Shown: positions 32,455 through 44,028, numbered from the stretch's first letter. The stretch: 64,000 nucleotides of DNA from Alphaproteobacteria bacterium (GCA_965228895.1 OZ245842.1:3456001-3520000), one strand, 5' to 3'. Numbers and translations are program-made. The notes: a model not told the origin generated them from the letters alone.

Positions 32455-33269
32455 CCATGAGTCCCCAAGGGCAGACCCAAAACGTCGATTTCGACGCGAC
32501 CTATGCCCGAACCCGCGCGCCGGTCATGCGCGCTATCGAAGAACGGGTATGCGGCTGCGACTACGGTGGCAGCAGTTGGACGACCCGGGACGAAGCCGAC
32601 GCCATGGTCAAGGCACTCAGCTTGGCACCCGGCATGCGCCTGCTCGATATCGGCGCCGGCGTGGGCTGGCCGGGCATCTATATCAGCGACACCTCGGGTT
32701 GTGACACCACCCTGGTCGACATGGCCGGGGTCGGTCTGCGCATCGCCACCGAGCGAATCGCGGCGGATGGCCTGACGGAGAGATGCCGCGCGGTTCTCTG
32801 CGATTGCACAGCCATGCCTTTCGCGCCTGCTCGATTCGACGCCGTCTGGCACAGCGATGTCCTATGCTGCCTACCGGACAAAGCCGCGGTGCTAAAGGAT
32901 TGCTGTCGGGTCATCCGGCCCGGCGGCCACATGGTCTTCGCTGTGGTCTCGGTGACACCCGGCCTCGGCACAGCCGATCATGCGCGCGCCGTTGCCAGCG
33001 GCACGCAGTTCATCGAGACCCCGGCCGGTTATCACGACATGCTGCGCGACGCAGGCTGGACATTAGAGGAAGATCTGGACCAGACCGACGCCTACATCGC
33101 CACATGCCGCCGCCAAATCGAAGCCGACACGGACAACCAGGACGACCTTGAGGCTCTCTTGGGCGACAAAGCCTACGACGAGCGCGTCACGAAGTGGCGC
33201 GGCTATCTCGACGCGCTGACCGACGGCCTTTTATGCCGTCACCGCTACACGGCCAGGCCGGCGACCTGA
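32451..33269 (+). CDS. Class I SAM-dependent methyltransferase
   Basis: [21 protein letters not shown]; ATGA overlap with the GMC stop. Confidence 0.88.
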   Translation: MTMSPQGQTQNVDFDATYARTRAPVMRAIEERVCGCDYGGSSWTTRDEADAMVKALSLAPGMRLLDIGAGVGWPGIYISDTSGCDTTLVDMAGVGLRIATERIAADGLTERCRAVLCDCTAMPFAPARFDAVWHSDVLCCLPDKAAVLKDCCRVIRPGGHMVFAVVSVTPGLGTADHARAVASGTQFIETPAGYHDMLRDAGWTLEEDLDQTDAYIATCRRQIEADTDNQDDLEALLGDKAYDERVTKWRGYLDALTDGLLCRHRYTARPAT

Positions 33270-33285
33270 CGTCCCTGGAGCCTAA

Positions 33286-34008
33286 TCAGGTTTTTGCTTC
33301 GCCGCGCAGCCGCGATGTGCCGTCGGCGAACTTTCTTCCGATTTCCTGCACAATGCTCGACTCCAGCGCCTCGGCAATCTCACCGCTCCGGCTGACAAAA
33401 CGCCGAAGGTTGTTCGACTCGATAGCGAAAAGACGTGAATCCTCGGTCAAGGTTACGGTGCCGAGCGCCGGCTCGCCGGTCAGGCACACGAACTCGCCAA
33501 CGAACGATCCGGGGCCGAATTGCGAGACAGCGTCGCCGTCGAGCTCTGCCTTCGCCGCGCCCTCGGAGAGATAATAGAGATGACTGACCGGTTCGCCCTG
33601 CGTGGTCAAGACCGTGCCGGCAGGCGCGTTCCGCCACTGACCGAGATCCAGGAGCTTGCGTGCAAGAAACTTGGGCAACCGAATGTGTTTTGCTGCCAAC
33701 AGCGCCTCTTCCTCTTCGTTGAACCTGGCGCGCTGCATGGCGATGTAGAGCCGGGTCAAACCCCAAACACTGATGGCGATCCAAATTGCTTGAATGACCG
33801 CCGACGCCAGATGGAACTGATCGACCAAGCTGACCAAGACGAGACAGGCGCCGATCCCGTTGGCCGCCGGGTAAAGGAAACCGCGCCCGATGATCAGGCC
33901 TAGCTGGAGCGCGGCATAGGCGAGGACGTAGAGAACAACGCCGAGAAGCCCGATCGCATCGTACACCGTGATGTTCTGAAAGAACGCGTCCGCAACACCC
34001 TCATACAT
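33286..34008 (-). CDS. Membrane protein with C-terminal cyclic-nucleotide-binding (Popeye-like) domain
   Basis: Three N-terminal TM helices; LTTQGEPVSHLYYL..GPGSFVGE cNMP beta-barrel pattern. Confidence 0.78.
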   Translation of the reverse strand: MYEGVADAFFQNITVYDAIGLLGVVLYVLAYAALQLGLIIGRGFLYPAANGIGACLVLVSLVDQFHLASAVIQAIWIAISVWGLTRLYIAMQRARFNEEEEALLAAKHIRLPKFLARKLLDLGQWRNAPAGTVLTTQGEPVSHLYYLSEGAAKAELDGDAVSQFGPGSFVGEFVCLTGEPALGTVTLTEDSRLFAIESNNLRRFVSRSGEIAEALESSIVQEIGRKFADGTSRLRGEAKT

Positions 34009-34010
34009 GA

Positions 34011-35060
<1,050 letters not shown>

Positions 35061-35079
35061 GCGTCGTCGCGGGCACGTT

Positions 35080-35721
35080 CTAGTAGAGACCGTCGCGCTC
35101 GTCGGCTTCCAATTCCGCATCGACCTCCTCGGCCGTCTCGTTGAGCTTGCAATGGGCGGCCAGCGCCGCACCCAGGCTCGGCATGCCCGATTTGTCGGGC
35201 CAGCCTTTGGGATCCCACAAACTGGAGCGCACCATACACTTGGCGCAGTGGAACAAGGCGCGCTCGACATGTACGACCATGGCGAACTCCGGCACCTTGC
35301 CCCGCTCGGCCATTGATCGGCGCAGCGCTTCATCGCGCACGATCTGTGCCGTGCCACCGACACGCAGTGTGTCCTTACGGCCGGGCACGATGAAGATGAT
35401 CGATACCTTCGGGTTCTCCAAAACGTTCAGGAACGTATCCATGCGCGCGTTACCGGGCCGGTCGGGGATGGCAAGCGTCTTGGCATCCAGCACTTTCACG
35501 AAACCAGCGGGATCGCCCTTGGGCGAGACATCGACATCGCGCTCGCCCCCGCCCGAGCCGATGACGAAGAATGGCGACTTCTCGATAAAGCCGATACAGA
35601 ACTCATCCAGGTGATCGATCACCTTGGTCACCGCCGCCGGATAGATATCGCCAACGATGGCGCGCAGTTCGGCAGCATTCGTCACCACATCGGCAAAGCG
35701 GCCATTCGACATCTCGTTCAT
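35080..35721 (-). CDS. Pyridoxamine 5'-phosphate oxidase-like FMN-binding protein (MSMEG_1061 type)
   Basis: DVSPKGDPAGFV, IPDRPGN, HCAKCMVRSSLW. Confidence 0.88.
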   Translation of the reverse strand: MNEMSNGRFADVVTNAAELRAIVGDIYPAAVTKVIDHLDEFCIGFIEKSPFFVIGSGGGERDVDVSPKGDPAGFVKVLDAKTLAIPDRPGNARMDTFLNVLENPKVSIIFIVPGRKDTLRVGGTAQIVRDEALRRSMAERGKVPEFAMVVHVERALFHCAKCMVRSSLWDPKGWPDKSGMPSLGAALAAHCKLNETAEEVDAELEADERDGLY

Positions 35722-35749
35722 TGCACCTCTCCTTCTTGATGATCGGGGG

Positions 35750-36124
35750 CTACGACGAATCGCCGGCGTCGACGCCGAAGCACAGGAGGTTGCCGTCGGG
35801 GTCCTTTATCTCGAACTCGCGCATGCCATAGACCGTCACCTCTGGCGCGCGGGTCACGGTCGCGCCGGCCGCGCTGACGGCCTCATGCAGCGCATCGACA
35901 TCGTCGACGTGGATGTAGGCATCCCAGCCGCCCGGCGACGGCGGCGGTCCGCCATCCCACGCATTGACGAAAACCGTCGCGCGGTCGCGCGCGAAGATGC
36001 CGAAGCGCGGGGGCTCGCCGCCCTCCTCCACGATCTGGAAACCCAGCACGTCAGTGAAGAACGCGCGGCTCCTATCATAGTCCGTCGAGCGCAGGACGGG
36101 CGTCGAACTCTGAAACGTCACCAT
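35750..36124 (-). CDS. VOC/bleomycin-resistance family protein
   Basis: PVLRSTD..FFTDVLGF..YGMREFEIKDPDGNLLCFG. Confidence 0.88.
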   Translation of the reverse strand: MVTFQSSTPVLRSTDYDRSRAFFTDVLGFQIVEEGGEPPRFGIFARDRATVFVNAWDGGPPPSPGGWDAYIHVDDVDALHEAVSAAGATVTRAPEVTVYGMREFEIKDPDGNLLCFGVDAGDSS

Positions 36125-36148
36125 CAAACTCTCCCTTCGACGTGATTG

Positions 36149-37135
36149 TCAGCCCCACAGTTCAGGCGGTGCGGGATGCATGGTATTATCGTCGAACCGG
36201 ATGCCCGGTTCGCGGTCTTCCTTCATCAGCAACGGCCCATCCAGGTCGACGACAGCCGCACCCTGGGCAACCAGCATGGCTGGCGCCATGGCCAGTGATG
36301 TCGCAACCATGCAACCAACCATAATGGACATGCCCGCGTCCTGGGCCGCGCGGCGCAAGTCGAGCGCGCCGGTCAGACCGCCGGTCTTGTCGAGCTTGAT
36401 GTTCACCATGCCGTACCGATCCGTCAGCTCCGCGACCGTGTCGGCCCCATGGCAGGACTCGTCCGCGCACAACACGATGGGACAATCCAAACCGACTAGC
36501 CCGCCATCGTCGCCGGCCGGCAACGGCTGCTCGATCATCTCGACGCCCAATGCCTTCAGCTCATCACCAATCGCTATCAGCAGATCGATCGACCACGCCT
36601 CGTTGGCATCGACCACCAGGCGGCTATCCGGGGCACCCTGGCGCACGGCCTGAAGCCTCGCCAGCACATCCTCGCCGTCCAGCTTGACCTTCAGCAGCGG
36701 CCGGTGGGCCGCTTCGGCCGCCGCCTGCCCCATCGCCTCGGGCGTGTCGATGCTCAGCGTGTAGGCGGTGGTCAGCGCGCCGGGCTGCGCAAGACCGGCG
36801 CGTTGCCACACCGGCTGGCCGGTCATCTTGGCTTCCAGATCCCACAGCGCGCAGTCCAGCGCATTCAGGGCGGCGCCCGGCGGCAACATGGATTGAACCG
36901 CTGTGCGCGACGCTCCGGATTCTATCTCACCGCGCACCTGTTCCAGATCGGCCAGACTCGACTCGATGGTCTGGTCGTAGCGGGCATAGGGCACGGCCTC
37001 GCCCCAACCGCGTGCGCCGTCCTCCGTGATCTCGACAACAATGACCTTGGCTTCCGTCTTCGCGCCGCGGGAAATCCGAAAGACCTGGGCGAGCGGCCAT
37101 GACTCCGCCCGCGCCTCGACCTTGCGCACGGTCAC
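36149..37135 (-). CDS. dgcA: N-acetyl-D-glutamate racemase / L-Ala-D/L-Glu epimerase (enolase superfamily)
   Basis: FRISRG, KVKL, VDANEAW, IEQP, CADES, NIKLDKTGG, DLDGPL; GTG start overlaps the dgcN stop. Confidence 0.82.
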   Translation of the reverse strand: MTVRKVEARAESWPLAQVFRISRGAKTEAKVIVVEITEDGARGWGEAVPYARYDQTIESSLADLEQVRGEIESGASRTAVQSMLPPGAALNALDCALWDLEAKMTGQPVWQRAGLAQPGALTTAYTLSIDTPEAMGQAAAEAAHRPLLKVKLDGEDVLARLQAVRQGAPDSRLVVDANEAWSIDLLIAIGDELKALGVEMIEQPLPAGDDGGLVGLDCPIVLCADESCHGADTVAELTDRYGMVNIKLDKTGGLTGALDLRRAAQDAGMSIMVGCMVATSLAMAPAMLVAQGAAVVDLDGPLLMKEDREPGIRFDDNTMHPAPPELWG

Positions 37136-38139
37136 ATCTTCTGCAGTTCGTCGACAATCGACCCGACGCCGGTGCGCAACGGATCGACGCACGGCATGCC
37201 CAACCGCTTGCCGGTTGCCTCCATGTAGGCCATCGCCTCGTCCTGCTTCATGTCGAAGCTGTTGATGGCGATGCCGATGACCTTGGCTGCCGGATTGGTC
37301 AGGTGCGCGGCGCGCTCGTTGGCTTCGATGCACTCCTCAAGCGACGGCAGCGCGCGGCCGGGAATGCCGCGCATGTGTTCGCGCACGGGCTCGTGACACA
37401 TGACCAGCGCGTCGGGCTGCGCGCCATGTAGCAGGCCCAAGCTGACACCCGCGAACGACGGATGGAACAGAGAGCCTTGACCTTCGACGACGTCCCAATG
37501 GTCAGGCTTGTTCTCCGGCGTCAGCCACTCGGTGGCGCCGGCGATGAAGTCGGCAACCACCGCATCGATCGCCACGCCCTCACCGACGATGAAGATGCCG
37601 GATTGGCCGGTCGCCCGGAATGTCGCGTTCATGTTGCGCGCCAGCATTTCTTTTTCCAGCGCCAGCGAGGTGAACATTTTGCCCAGCGAACAATCGGTGC
37701 CGACGGTCAAGACGCGTTTGCCTTCGCGTTTGTAGCCTTTGCCGACCTTGAACTCCTGGGCCGGCTGACGCACGTCGAACAAATGCCGCCCGTTCGCCCG
37801 AGCCGCCTCGGCGATCTTCGGGATATCCGCCATGCGGCTGTGCATGCCCGCCATGACGTCAAGCCCGGCTTCCAGGGCCTCGACAATCGTACCGGTCCAG
37901 CCATCGGGAATGAAACCGCCGGCATTGGCGACACCCAGCACCATGGTCTTGCACCCGGCCTCGATCGCCTCGCGCGGTGTCATGTCGGGGATGTCCAAGT
38001 CCTGGTTGCAGCCTTCCAGACGCAACTGCGCGACAGCCTTTTCCGGACGCCAGATCTTGACGCCGGTACATCCTTTGATCGAGAGCAGATCCTGTGCGTC
38101 GCCCAAAAAAAGTAGATAGGGCGCTTCCGCCTTTAGCAT
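37132..38139 (-). CDS. dgcN: DUF1611 / D-glutamate N-acetyltransferase
   Basis: PYLLFLGDA, GTDCSLGKM, FRATGQSG, VEGQGSLFHP, LLHGAQPD. Confidence 0.85.
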   Translation of the reverse strand: MLKAEAPYLLFLGDAQDLLSIKGCTGVKIWRPEKAVAQLRLEGCNQDLDIPDMTPREAIEAGCKTMVLGVANAGGFIPDGWTGTIVEALEAGLDVMAGMHSRMADIPKIAEAARANGRHLFDVRQPAQEFKVGKGYKREGKRVLTVGTDCSLGKMFTSLALEKEMLARNMNATFRATGQSGIFIVGEGVAIDAVVADFIAGATEWLTPENKPDHWDVVEGQGSLFHPSFAGVSLGLLHGAQPDALVMCHEPVREHMRGIPGRALPSLEECIEANERAAHLTNPAAKVIGIAINSFDMKQDEAMAYMEATGKRLGMPCVDPLRTGVGSIVDELQKM

Positions 38140-38444
38140 ATGTGTCGTCCCCTCTTCATACGATGCCAGCTCGCCTGGTCATCTTTGTTTGCAGCGCAGC
38201 ATAAACAAATTGTGGCGCAATGCCACGCTGTCAGCCGGAGCGATGTCATGCCATTTGTCGGCCCGGCAGGCAAATTTGACCGCACCCAATCGGAACTGCA
38301 TAGTTTTGGCCGGGTACGCAGTCGAGCGCGTAACAATCTGTCCGCCATGGTTTTTGGAGACAGGTAGATCGAATCACGGACCAACAAAGACCCGACGGGT
38401 TTGGCGGGTCGCCAACGTTCGAGATAACTGGGAGGAGGAGTGTT

Positions 38445-39407
38445 ATGAGGTTCAAATGCCTGACGATGTTGGGGGCTGCGGCGGTACTCGCAGCAGGCAC
38501 CCTGGCGACACCGGCAAAGGCGCAGCAGGATCTTCTGATCGGCGGCGGTTCGGTGACCGGCGTCTACTATCAGGTGGCGCTGCAGGTCTGTAACCTGATC
38601 AACAAGCACAGCGACGGAAACTATAACTGTGTCGGCCGTCCCGCGCTGGGTTCGGTGTTCAACATCAATGCCGTCAACCGCGGCCTGCTTGACTTCGGCG
38701 TCGCGCAATCCGACCGGAACTGGCAAGCCGCCAACGGCGCGGCCGATTGGGACGGCGCCCCGGTTGAGGCGCTAAGGAGCGTTTTTTCGGTGCATCCCGA
38801 AACCGTGCTGCTGGTGACGCGCGATGACGCCGGCATCAACTCGGTCGATGACCTGGTGGGCCATCCGGTCAACATCGGCAATCCCGGTTCCGGCCAGCGC
38901 GGCAATGCCGAAGACGTGCTGCGTATCTATGGCATCGACATGAACAACGACATCGACGCGCAAGGCCTGCAGCAGAGCGAAGCCTCGCGCGCGTTGATCG
39001 ATAAGAAGATCGACGCGTTCTTCTATACCGTCGGCAATCCCGCCGCGGCCATCGAAGAGCCGGCGAACTCGACCGATATCGAGGTCGTGTCGATCAATTC
39101 CGATGCGATTCGTGAGTTCATCGCTGACAAGCCCTACTACGTTATGGCTACGCTTCCGGCCGGCACCTACAAGGGCATGGACGAGCCGGCAGAGACCTAT
39201 GCGGTCAAGGCCACCGTCGTTGCCAGCGATATGCTGGGTGAAGACGTCGTCTACGAAGTCGTCAAGATCGTCTTTGAGAACCTGGACGAGCTGAAGGCGT
39301 CGCACGCCGCCTTCGCCAACCTGACGCCGGAAGAGATGTTGCAGGGCCTTTCCGCGCCCATGCATCCCGGTGCCGTAAAGTACTATACGGAACAAGGCTG
39401 GATGTAA
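38445..39407 (+). CDS. TAXI-family TRAP solute-binding protein
   Basis: Signal peptide; GGGSVTGVYY, GSVFNI, AQSD, GNPGSGQR, PMHPGAVKYY. Confidence 0.92.
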   Translation: MRFKCLTMLGAAAVLAAGTLATPAKAQQDLLIGGGSVTGVYYQVALQVCNLINKHSDGNYNCVGRPALGSVFNINAVNRGLLDFGVAQSDRNWQAANGAADWDGAPVEALRSVFSVHPETVLLVTRDDAGINSVDDLVGHPVNIGNPGSGQRGNAEDVLRIYGIDMNNDIDAQGLQQSEASRALIDKKIDAFFYTVGNPAAAIEEPANSTDIEVVSINSDAIREFIADKPYYVMATLPAGTYKGMDEPAETYAVKATVVASDMLGEDVVYEVVKIVFENLDELKASHAAFANLTPEEMLQGLSAPMHPGAVKYYTEQGWM

Positions 39408-39429
39408 GTCCAAGCTGATTGTTACCGGT

Positions 39430-39470
39430 CGTGCGGGGGCGGCACACGTGCCGTCCCCCACGCCTTTCTC
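39430..39470 (+). terminator. Hairpin after the TAXI gene
   Basis: GGGGGCGGCAC..GTGCCGTCCCC stem followed by CTTTCTC. Confidence 0.55.
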
Positions 39471-39517
39471 GACAAGAATAACGCGACAACGCGACGACGT
39501 TAGCTGGGGGAACGTGG

Positions 39518-41959
39518 ATGGCGGAGAACAAGGGTGACGCCGCGGCGAGCGCAGCGTCGGGACATCAGGCCGCCGAAGACATTGTCACCGAGGTAGAGAG
39601 CGGCCCGCGCCATCCAGACAGCCGGTTCTGGCGTGTCGTCATCGTCGTTCTGTGCCTGTCCTGGTCCGGTTTCCAGCTTTACATCGCCGACAACCCGTTT
39701 GATTCCTGGCAGGCGCGTTCGATTCATCTGGCGTTCGCGCTGACGCTCGCCTTCCTCGCCTACCCGGCCTTCAAGCAGAACTCGCCGTCACGCCTGTTCC
39801 GCGCGCTCGGTCACGGCATCCCGTCACGGGGCAAGGAACGCCACGGTTTCGTGCTGCTCTATGATCTGCTGTTCGGCGCGATCCTGATCGCCTTTGGCAT
39901 CTGGACGCTGGACGGCTTGTCGTTGCTGGACGGCGACCTCGAGATGATGGGTGGATCGGCCTATGCCTTCGTGCCGCTGCTGGGCGCCATTGTCGCGCTG
40001 GTCGAAGGCGCGCGCCGTGTCATCGCCATCCTCAACCGATTCGTACCGATCGTGCCGAAGGGCATGGCTGACCGGATAATCTGCGGCCACGACGAGACCG
40101 TCTCAAACCGCAACGTCATTCCGGTCTACGACATCATCCTGGCGGTGCTCGCGGCGCTGTCGGCGCTCTTTATCGTCTTCGATTATCAGGGCCTGATCAT
40201 GCGCCAGGGCCTGCCCCTGCAGTTCGACGTGTGGGTCGGCGTTACCTGCGTTGTCCTGCTGCTGGAGGCCGCGCGCCGCGCGCTGGGTCCCGCGCTCGCC
40301 GTGCTCGCGATCATCTTCCTGGTCTACCTCTTCGTCGGCCCCTACATGCCGGAGATCATCCGCCATCGCGGCCTGCCGCTCGACTTCGCGGTCAACGATA
40401 TCTACTTGTCGACCTCCGGCATCTTCGGCGTGCCGTTGGGCGTGTCGACCAGCATCATCTTCCTGTTCGTGCTGTTCGGCGCGCTCTTGGAGCGCGCGGG
40501 CGCCGGCCAGTTCTTTATCGATGTGGCGTTCGCCGCCTTCGGCCGCTTCCGTGGCGGTGCCGCCAAGGCTGCTATCGTTGCTTCGGGCATGACCGGCCTT
40601 TACTCCGGCTCCTCGGTCGCCAACACGGTGACCACCGGCACCTTCACCATTCCGCTGATGAAGAAAGTCGGCCTGCCGCCGCACAAGGCCGGCGCGGTCG
40701 AGGTTGCGGCCTCGACCAACGGCCAGTTGATGCCGCCGGTCATGGGTGCCGCCGCCTTCATCATGGCCGAGATCATCGGCATTCCCTATCTGGACGTCGT
40801 GCGCGCCGCCATTATCCCGGCGGTCGTTTCCTACCTCGCACTCTTCTATGTTGTGCACCTCGAAGCCTTGAAGCTCGATATCCGCGCCCTCTCAAAGGAC
40901 GATCTGCCGAAGTTCCTGAAGACCTTCCTGCGCGGCATGCATTACCTGATCCCGATCGCCGTGCTCTTTTTCTTCCTGCTCTATCTGCGCCGCTCACCCA
41001 TCCTCTCCGCGCTCTACGCGATTGAGGCGATGGTCGTGATCATGCTGATCCAGCGCCCGATCATCGCGTCGATCGCCGTTGGTATCGCGCGCAAGCACGG
41101 CGAAGCCATCGACGCGGGTGCACTCTACAAACAGGCGTTTATCGAGGGTTTGGTCGATATCTGGGAAGGCTTGATTGCCGGCGCCCGCAACATGATCTCG
41201 ATTGCCATCGCGACCGCCGCCGCCGGCATCATCGTCGGCGTCGTGCAATCGACCGGCCTGGTCGGACGTTTCGTCGGCCTGATCGAGGTCATCAGTTTCG
41301 GCAACATCTACCTGGTGCTCGTCCTGACCGCGATCATCTGCATGATCCTGGGCATGGGCCTGCCGACAACGGCGAACTACATCTTGATGGCGTCCTTGAC
41401 GGCGCCGGTCATCGTCACCTTGGGCGGCGAAGCCGGCTGGCTCTTCCCGCTCATCGCGGTCCACCTCTTCGTCTTTTACTTCGGCATCCTGGCGGACGAC
41501 ACGCCACCGGTGGGTCTTGCCGCCTATGCGGCGGCGGCCATAGCACGCACCGACCCGATAAAAACGGGTATCCAGGGTTTTACCTATGATATGCGGACGG
41601 CGATCCTGCCGTTCGTCTTCATCTTCAACACCGAACTCTTGATGATCGCGGGGCTGGATGCCCAAGGCGAGGTCATCTGGATCAACGACGTCCTGAAGCT
41701 CGCCTTTGTCTTCATCGCCGCGCTCGTGGCCATGTTCTCGTTCGCCGCCGGCGTGCAAGGCTGGTTCGCCAAGAAACTCAACGTCTTCGGCCGGCTCTTC
41801 ATGTTTGCGATGTGCGTTGTGCTCTTCCTGCCGCGCCTCATCGCCGATCCGATCGGCGTGCCGCACGAAATTATCCAGATCGTGGTCATGCTGATCTTCG
41901 CCGCCTTCTATGCCTGGCAGAAGATGAGCATGCGACGCGCCCAGACGGGAGAAGCCTGA
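39518..41959 (+). CDS. TRAP transporter fused 4TM/12TM permease
   Basis: GIFGVPLGVS, SGSSVANTVTTG, AASTNGQLMPPVMGAAAF, LGMGLPTTANY, DDTPPVG. Confidence 0.93.
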   Translation: MAENKGDAAASAASGHQAAEDIVTEVESGPRHPDSRFWRVVIVVLCLSWSGFQLYIADNPFDSWQARSIHLAFALTLAFLAYPAFKQNSPSRLFRALGHGIPSRGKERHGFVLLYDLLFGAILIAFGIWTLDGLSLLDGDLEMMGGSAYAFVPLLGAIVALVEGARRVIAILNRFVPIVPKGMADRIICGHDETVSNRNVIPVYDIILAVLAALSALFIVFDYQGLIMRQGLPLQFDVWVGVTCVVLLLEAARRALGPALAVLAIIFLVYLFVGPYMPEIIRHRGLPLDFAVNDIYLSTSGIFGVPLGVSTSIIFLFVLFGALLERAGAGQFFIDVAFAAFGRFRGGAAKAAIVASGMTGLYSGSSVANTVTTGTFTIPLMKKVGLPPHKAGAVEVAASTNGQLMPPVMGAAAFIMAEIIGIPYLDVVRAAIIPAVVSYLALFYVVHLEALKLDIRALSKDDLPKFLKTFLRGMHYLIPIAVLFFFLLYLRRSPILSALYAIEAMVVIMLIQRPIIASIAVGIARKHGEAIDAGALYKQAFIEGLVDIWEGLIAGARNMISIAIATAAAGIIVGVVQSTGLVGRFVGLIEVISFGNIYLVLVLTAIICMILGMGLPTTANYILMASLTAPVIVTLGGEAGWLFPLIAVHLFVFYFGILADDTPPVGLAAYAAAAIARTDPIKTGIQGFTYDMRTAILPFVFIFNTELLMIAGLDAQGEVIWINDVLKLAFVFIAALVAMFSFAAGVQGWFAKKLNVFGRLFMFAMCVVLFLPRLIADPIGVPHEIIQIVVMLIFAAFYAWQKMSMRRAQTGEA

Positions 41960-42387
41960 TGTTCAAGAAAATTCTTGTCGCCGTCGACATGGCCGATACG
42001 ACGAGCCCGCACCTGGCGTTGGAAGCGGCACTGGACATGGCGCGCAAATTCGACGGGCGCATCCATTTGATCACCGTCGTGCCGGGTTTCGGCGAATCCG
42101 TCGTCGGCCAATACTTTGCTGCGGACGCCGAAAAGAAGGCAGTCGAGGAGACCCATCAGCAACTTCACGCCTTTGCCGAAGAACACATCGATGAGGCCTT
42201 GCGCGACACCTGCGTCGTCGGCAACGGCAGCATCTATCAAGAGATCCTGGACGCCGCCGACCGGCTGGAGGTCGACCTGATTGTCATCGGCAGCCATCGC
42301 CCGGCCATGAAGGACTACCTGGTCGGCCCCAACGCCGCCCGCGTCGTGCGCCACGCCGAGACCAACGTGCTGGTGGTGCGGTACTAG
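41959..42387 (+). CDS. Universal stress protein (TeaD/UspF-like)
   Basis: MFKKILVAVD..DLIVIGSH..YLVGPNAARVVRHA; start overlaps the permease stop. Confidence 0.92.
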   Translation: MFKKILVAVDMADTTSPHLALEAALDMARKFDGRIHLITVVPGFGESVVGQYFAADAEKKAVEETHQQLHAFAEEHIDEALRDTCVVGNGSIYQEILDAADRLEVDLIVIGSHRPAMKDYLVGPNAARVVRHAETNVLVVRY

Positions 42388-42474
42388 GGCGCCTCCTCAA
42401 CCTCCACCGCGCCCCGGCCACCGAGCCGTGGCCCATGAACATCGAAGACGTCACAACAGGCTCGGCCCGTGTGC

Positions 42475-42500
42475 CTGGATCCCGGGTCAAGCCCGGGATT
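42475..42500. repeat. REP-like palindrome of alphaproteobacterial type
   Basis: CTGGATCCCGGG-TCAAG-CCCGGGAT hairpin between convergent genes. Confidence 0.55.
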
Positions 42501-42531
42501 CCCTATTGAATGTGAGGCGTCAGGCCGACCG

Positions 42532-42822
42532 TCAGCCGCCGCCGGCGCGCATCATGTGCTTGGCAAGTTCTGCCTGGAATTCGGCGGCTTCATCTTCCGA
42601 ACAGCCGGAGCACACGCACTCCACATGGGTCATGGGCAGATTGAGCGAGCCGAGCTTGCGATCGCCTTCATAAGCCAGCGAGATGACAAATTGCTTGTCG
42701 CCGTCGCGCACGGTGATTTCGTCGCCCTTGACCTCGAAATCGCGGTGCCCGAGCGCCGAGATCATCTCCCGAAGACATTCGTCCAACGTGCCTTGAATAT
42801 CGTGGGTCTGCGTGAACGCCAT
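42532..42822 (-). CDS. Hypothetical protein
   Basis: 96-aa ORF with strong GAGGAG RBS, host-like codons and C-terminal RAGGG. Confidence 0.75.
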   Translation of the reverse strand: MAFTQTHDIQGTLDECLREMISALGHRDFEVKGDEITVRDGDKQFVISLAYEGDRKLGSLNLPMTHVECVCSGCSEDEAAEFQAELAKHMMRAGGG

Positions 42823-43059
42823 CCTTGCTCCTCCTCAATCAACGTCTTGTTGGCCCCGCTCGAGCGAGCATGCTTGAGCCTAGAGCCCCAAGCGCAGCAC
42901 GCCAACTCGTTTTCGGCTGAGCCGACGAGCCGCCGGGAAGAAGACGGCACGACACAGCGTACAGCCACCCCCTTTACACGCATGGTAGACAGTTTCATAC
43001 ACCTATGGTTGCTGTTATGATCTGTAGATTCGGATCTTCATCGATGAAAGATCAGCGCA

Positions 43060-44028
43060 TTGGCAAGACAGATCTATTTTCGAAAGGTCTCCGACCTACC
43101 TGTCGTCGGAGATGACCTCTTCCTCGTCGCATGCTCGGTTTCCAATGCTGGCACCGGCCTGTTTCTCTTTGCGGCGTTGTCGGCGGATGAGCAGGCGATG
43201 GAGCAAATCAATGGCTACGGCGACGGGATTTCATACACGTGGATGAGCGAACGACGACGCACCGTGCTGGTCAAACTCCGCGAAGGCGAAGGCAGTGCTA
43301 TTGAACTTCCAGATCTTTGCCTCAAGCGGCCTCTCGTAGATGAGCTTGCTGACGGACGGATTCTTGTTGCTTCGTCGTATTCTGAATGGCGAAGTCCATG
43401 CGACTTTGACAGGAATGGTTGCATCATCGATCCGGTATCGCACGGTCACTTCGACGTATTTCTCGGTGATGGCATCAGCTCGCTTTTCGTGGATTCGCAA
43501 GATCGTATTTGGGTTTCATACACTGACGTAGGTGTTTTCACTGGACATGCTTGGACACAACCTGGTGCGAAACCACTCGGTAGATCAGGCCTGAACTGTT
43601 TCGCGGTCGATGGTGAGATTCTGTGGCAGTTTCCCGGTCATAAGAAGTTCGGTGGAATCTCAGACTGCTATGCACTGAACGTCCACGGACAGACGGTGGC
43701 ACTTTACTACTACAGTCAGTTTCCGCTTTGCCGGATCACGAAAAACTTCCGGATGCGCTTTTGGGACACCGGACTATCCGGGTGCGGAAATGTAGCCATC
43801 AGTGATTCCCGTGTTCTGTTTTCCGGTCAGTATCACGACGCGGAAGCAGAGGGGTATCTCGCGAAACTGGGATTCGGCAAACTCAAGAAACTCCAGAAGG
43901 TCGAGTTTGTTGTTCCAAGCACGACAATAACGTCATCGACGCAGCTCCTGGGCCGAGGTGCAGAGATGCACTACTTCGATAAGACCGGTTGGTACAAGAC
44001 GTCGCTTCTTGACGACGATTACACCTAA
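43060..44028 (+). CDS. Hypothetical protein, beta-propeller-like, lower GC (start uncertain)
   Basis: 322-aa ORF with LGDGI..IWVSY.D.G and ISDCYALN; visibly more AT-rich codons than neighbours. Confidence 0.65.
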   Translation: MARQIYFRKVSDLPVVGDDLFLVACSVSNAGTGLFLFAALSADEQAMEQINGYGDGISYTWMSERRRTVLVKLREGEGSAIELPDLCLKRPLVDELADGRILVASSYSEWRSPCDFDRNGCIIDPVSHGHFDVFLGDGISSLFVDSQDRIWVSYTDVGVFTGHAWTQPGAKPLGRSGLNCFAVDGEILWQFPGHKKFGGISDCYALNVHGQTVALYYYSQFPLCRITKNFRMRFWDTGLSGCGNVAISDSRVLFSGQYHDAEAEGYLAKLGFGKLKKLQKVEFVVPSTTITSSTQLLGRGAEMHYFDKTGWYKTSLLDDDYT

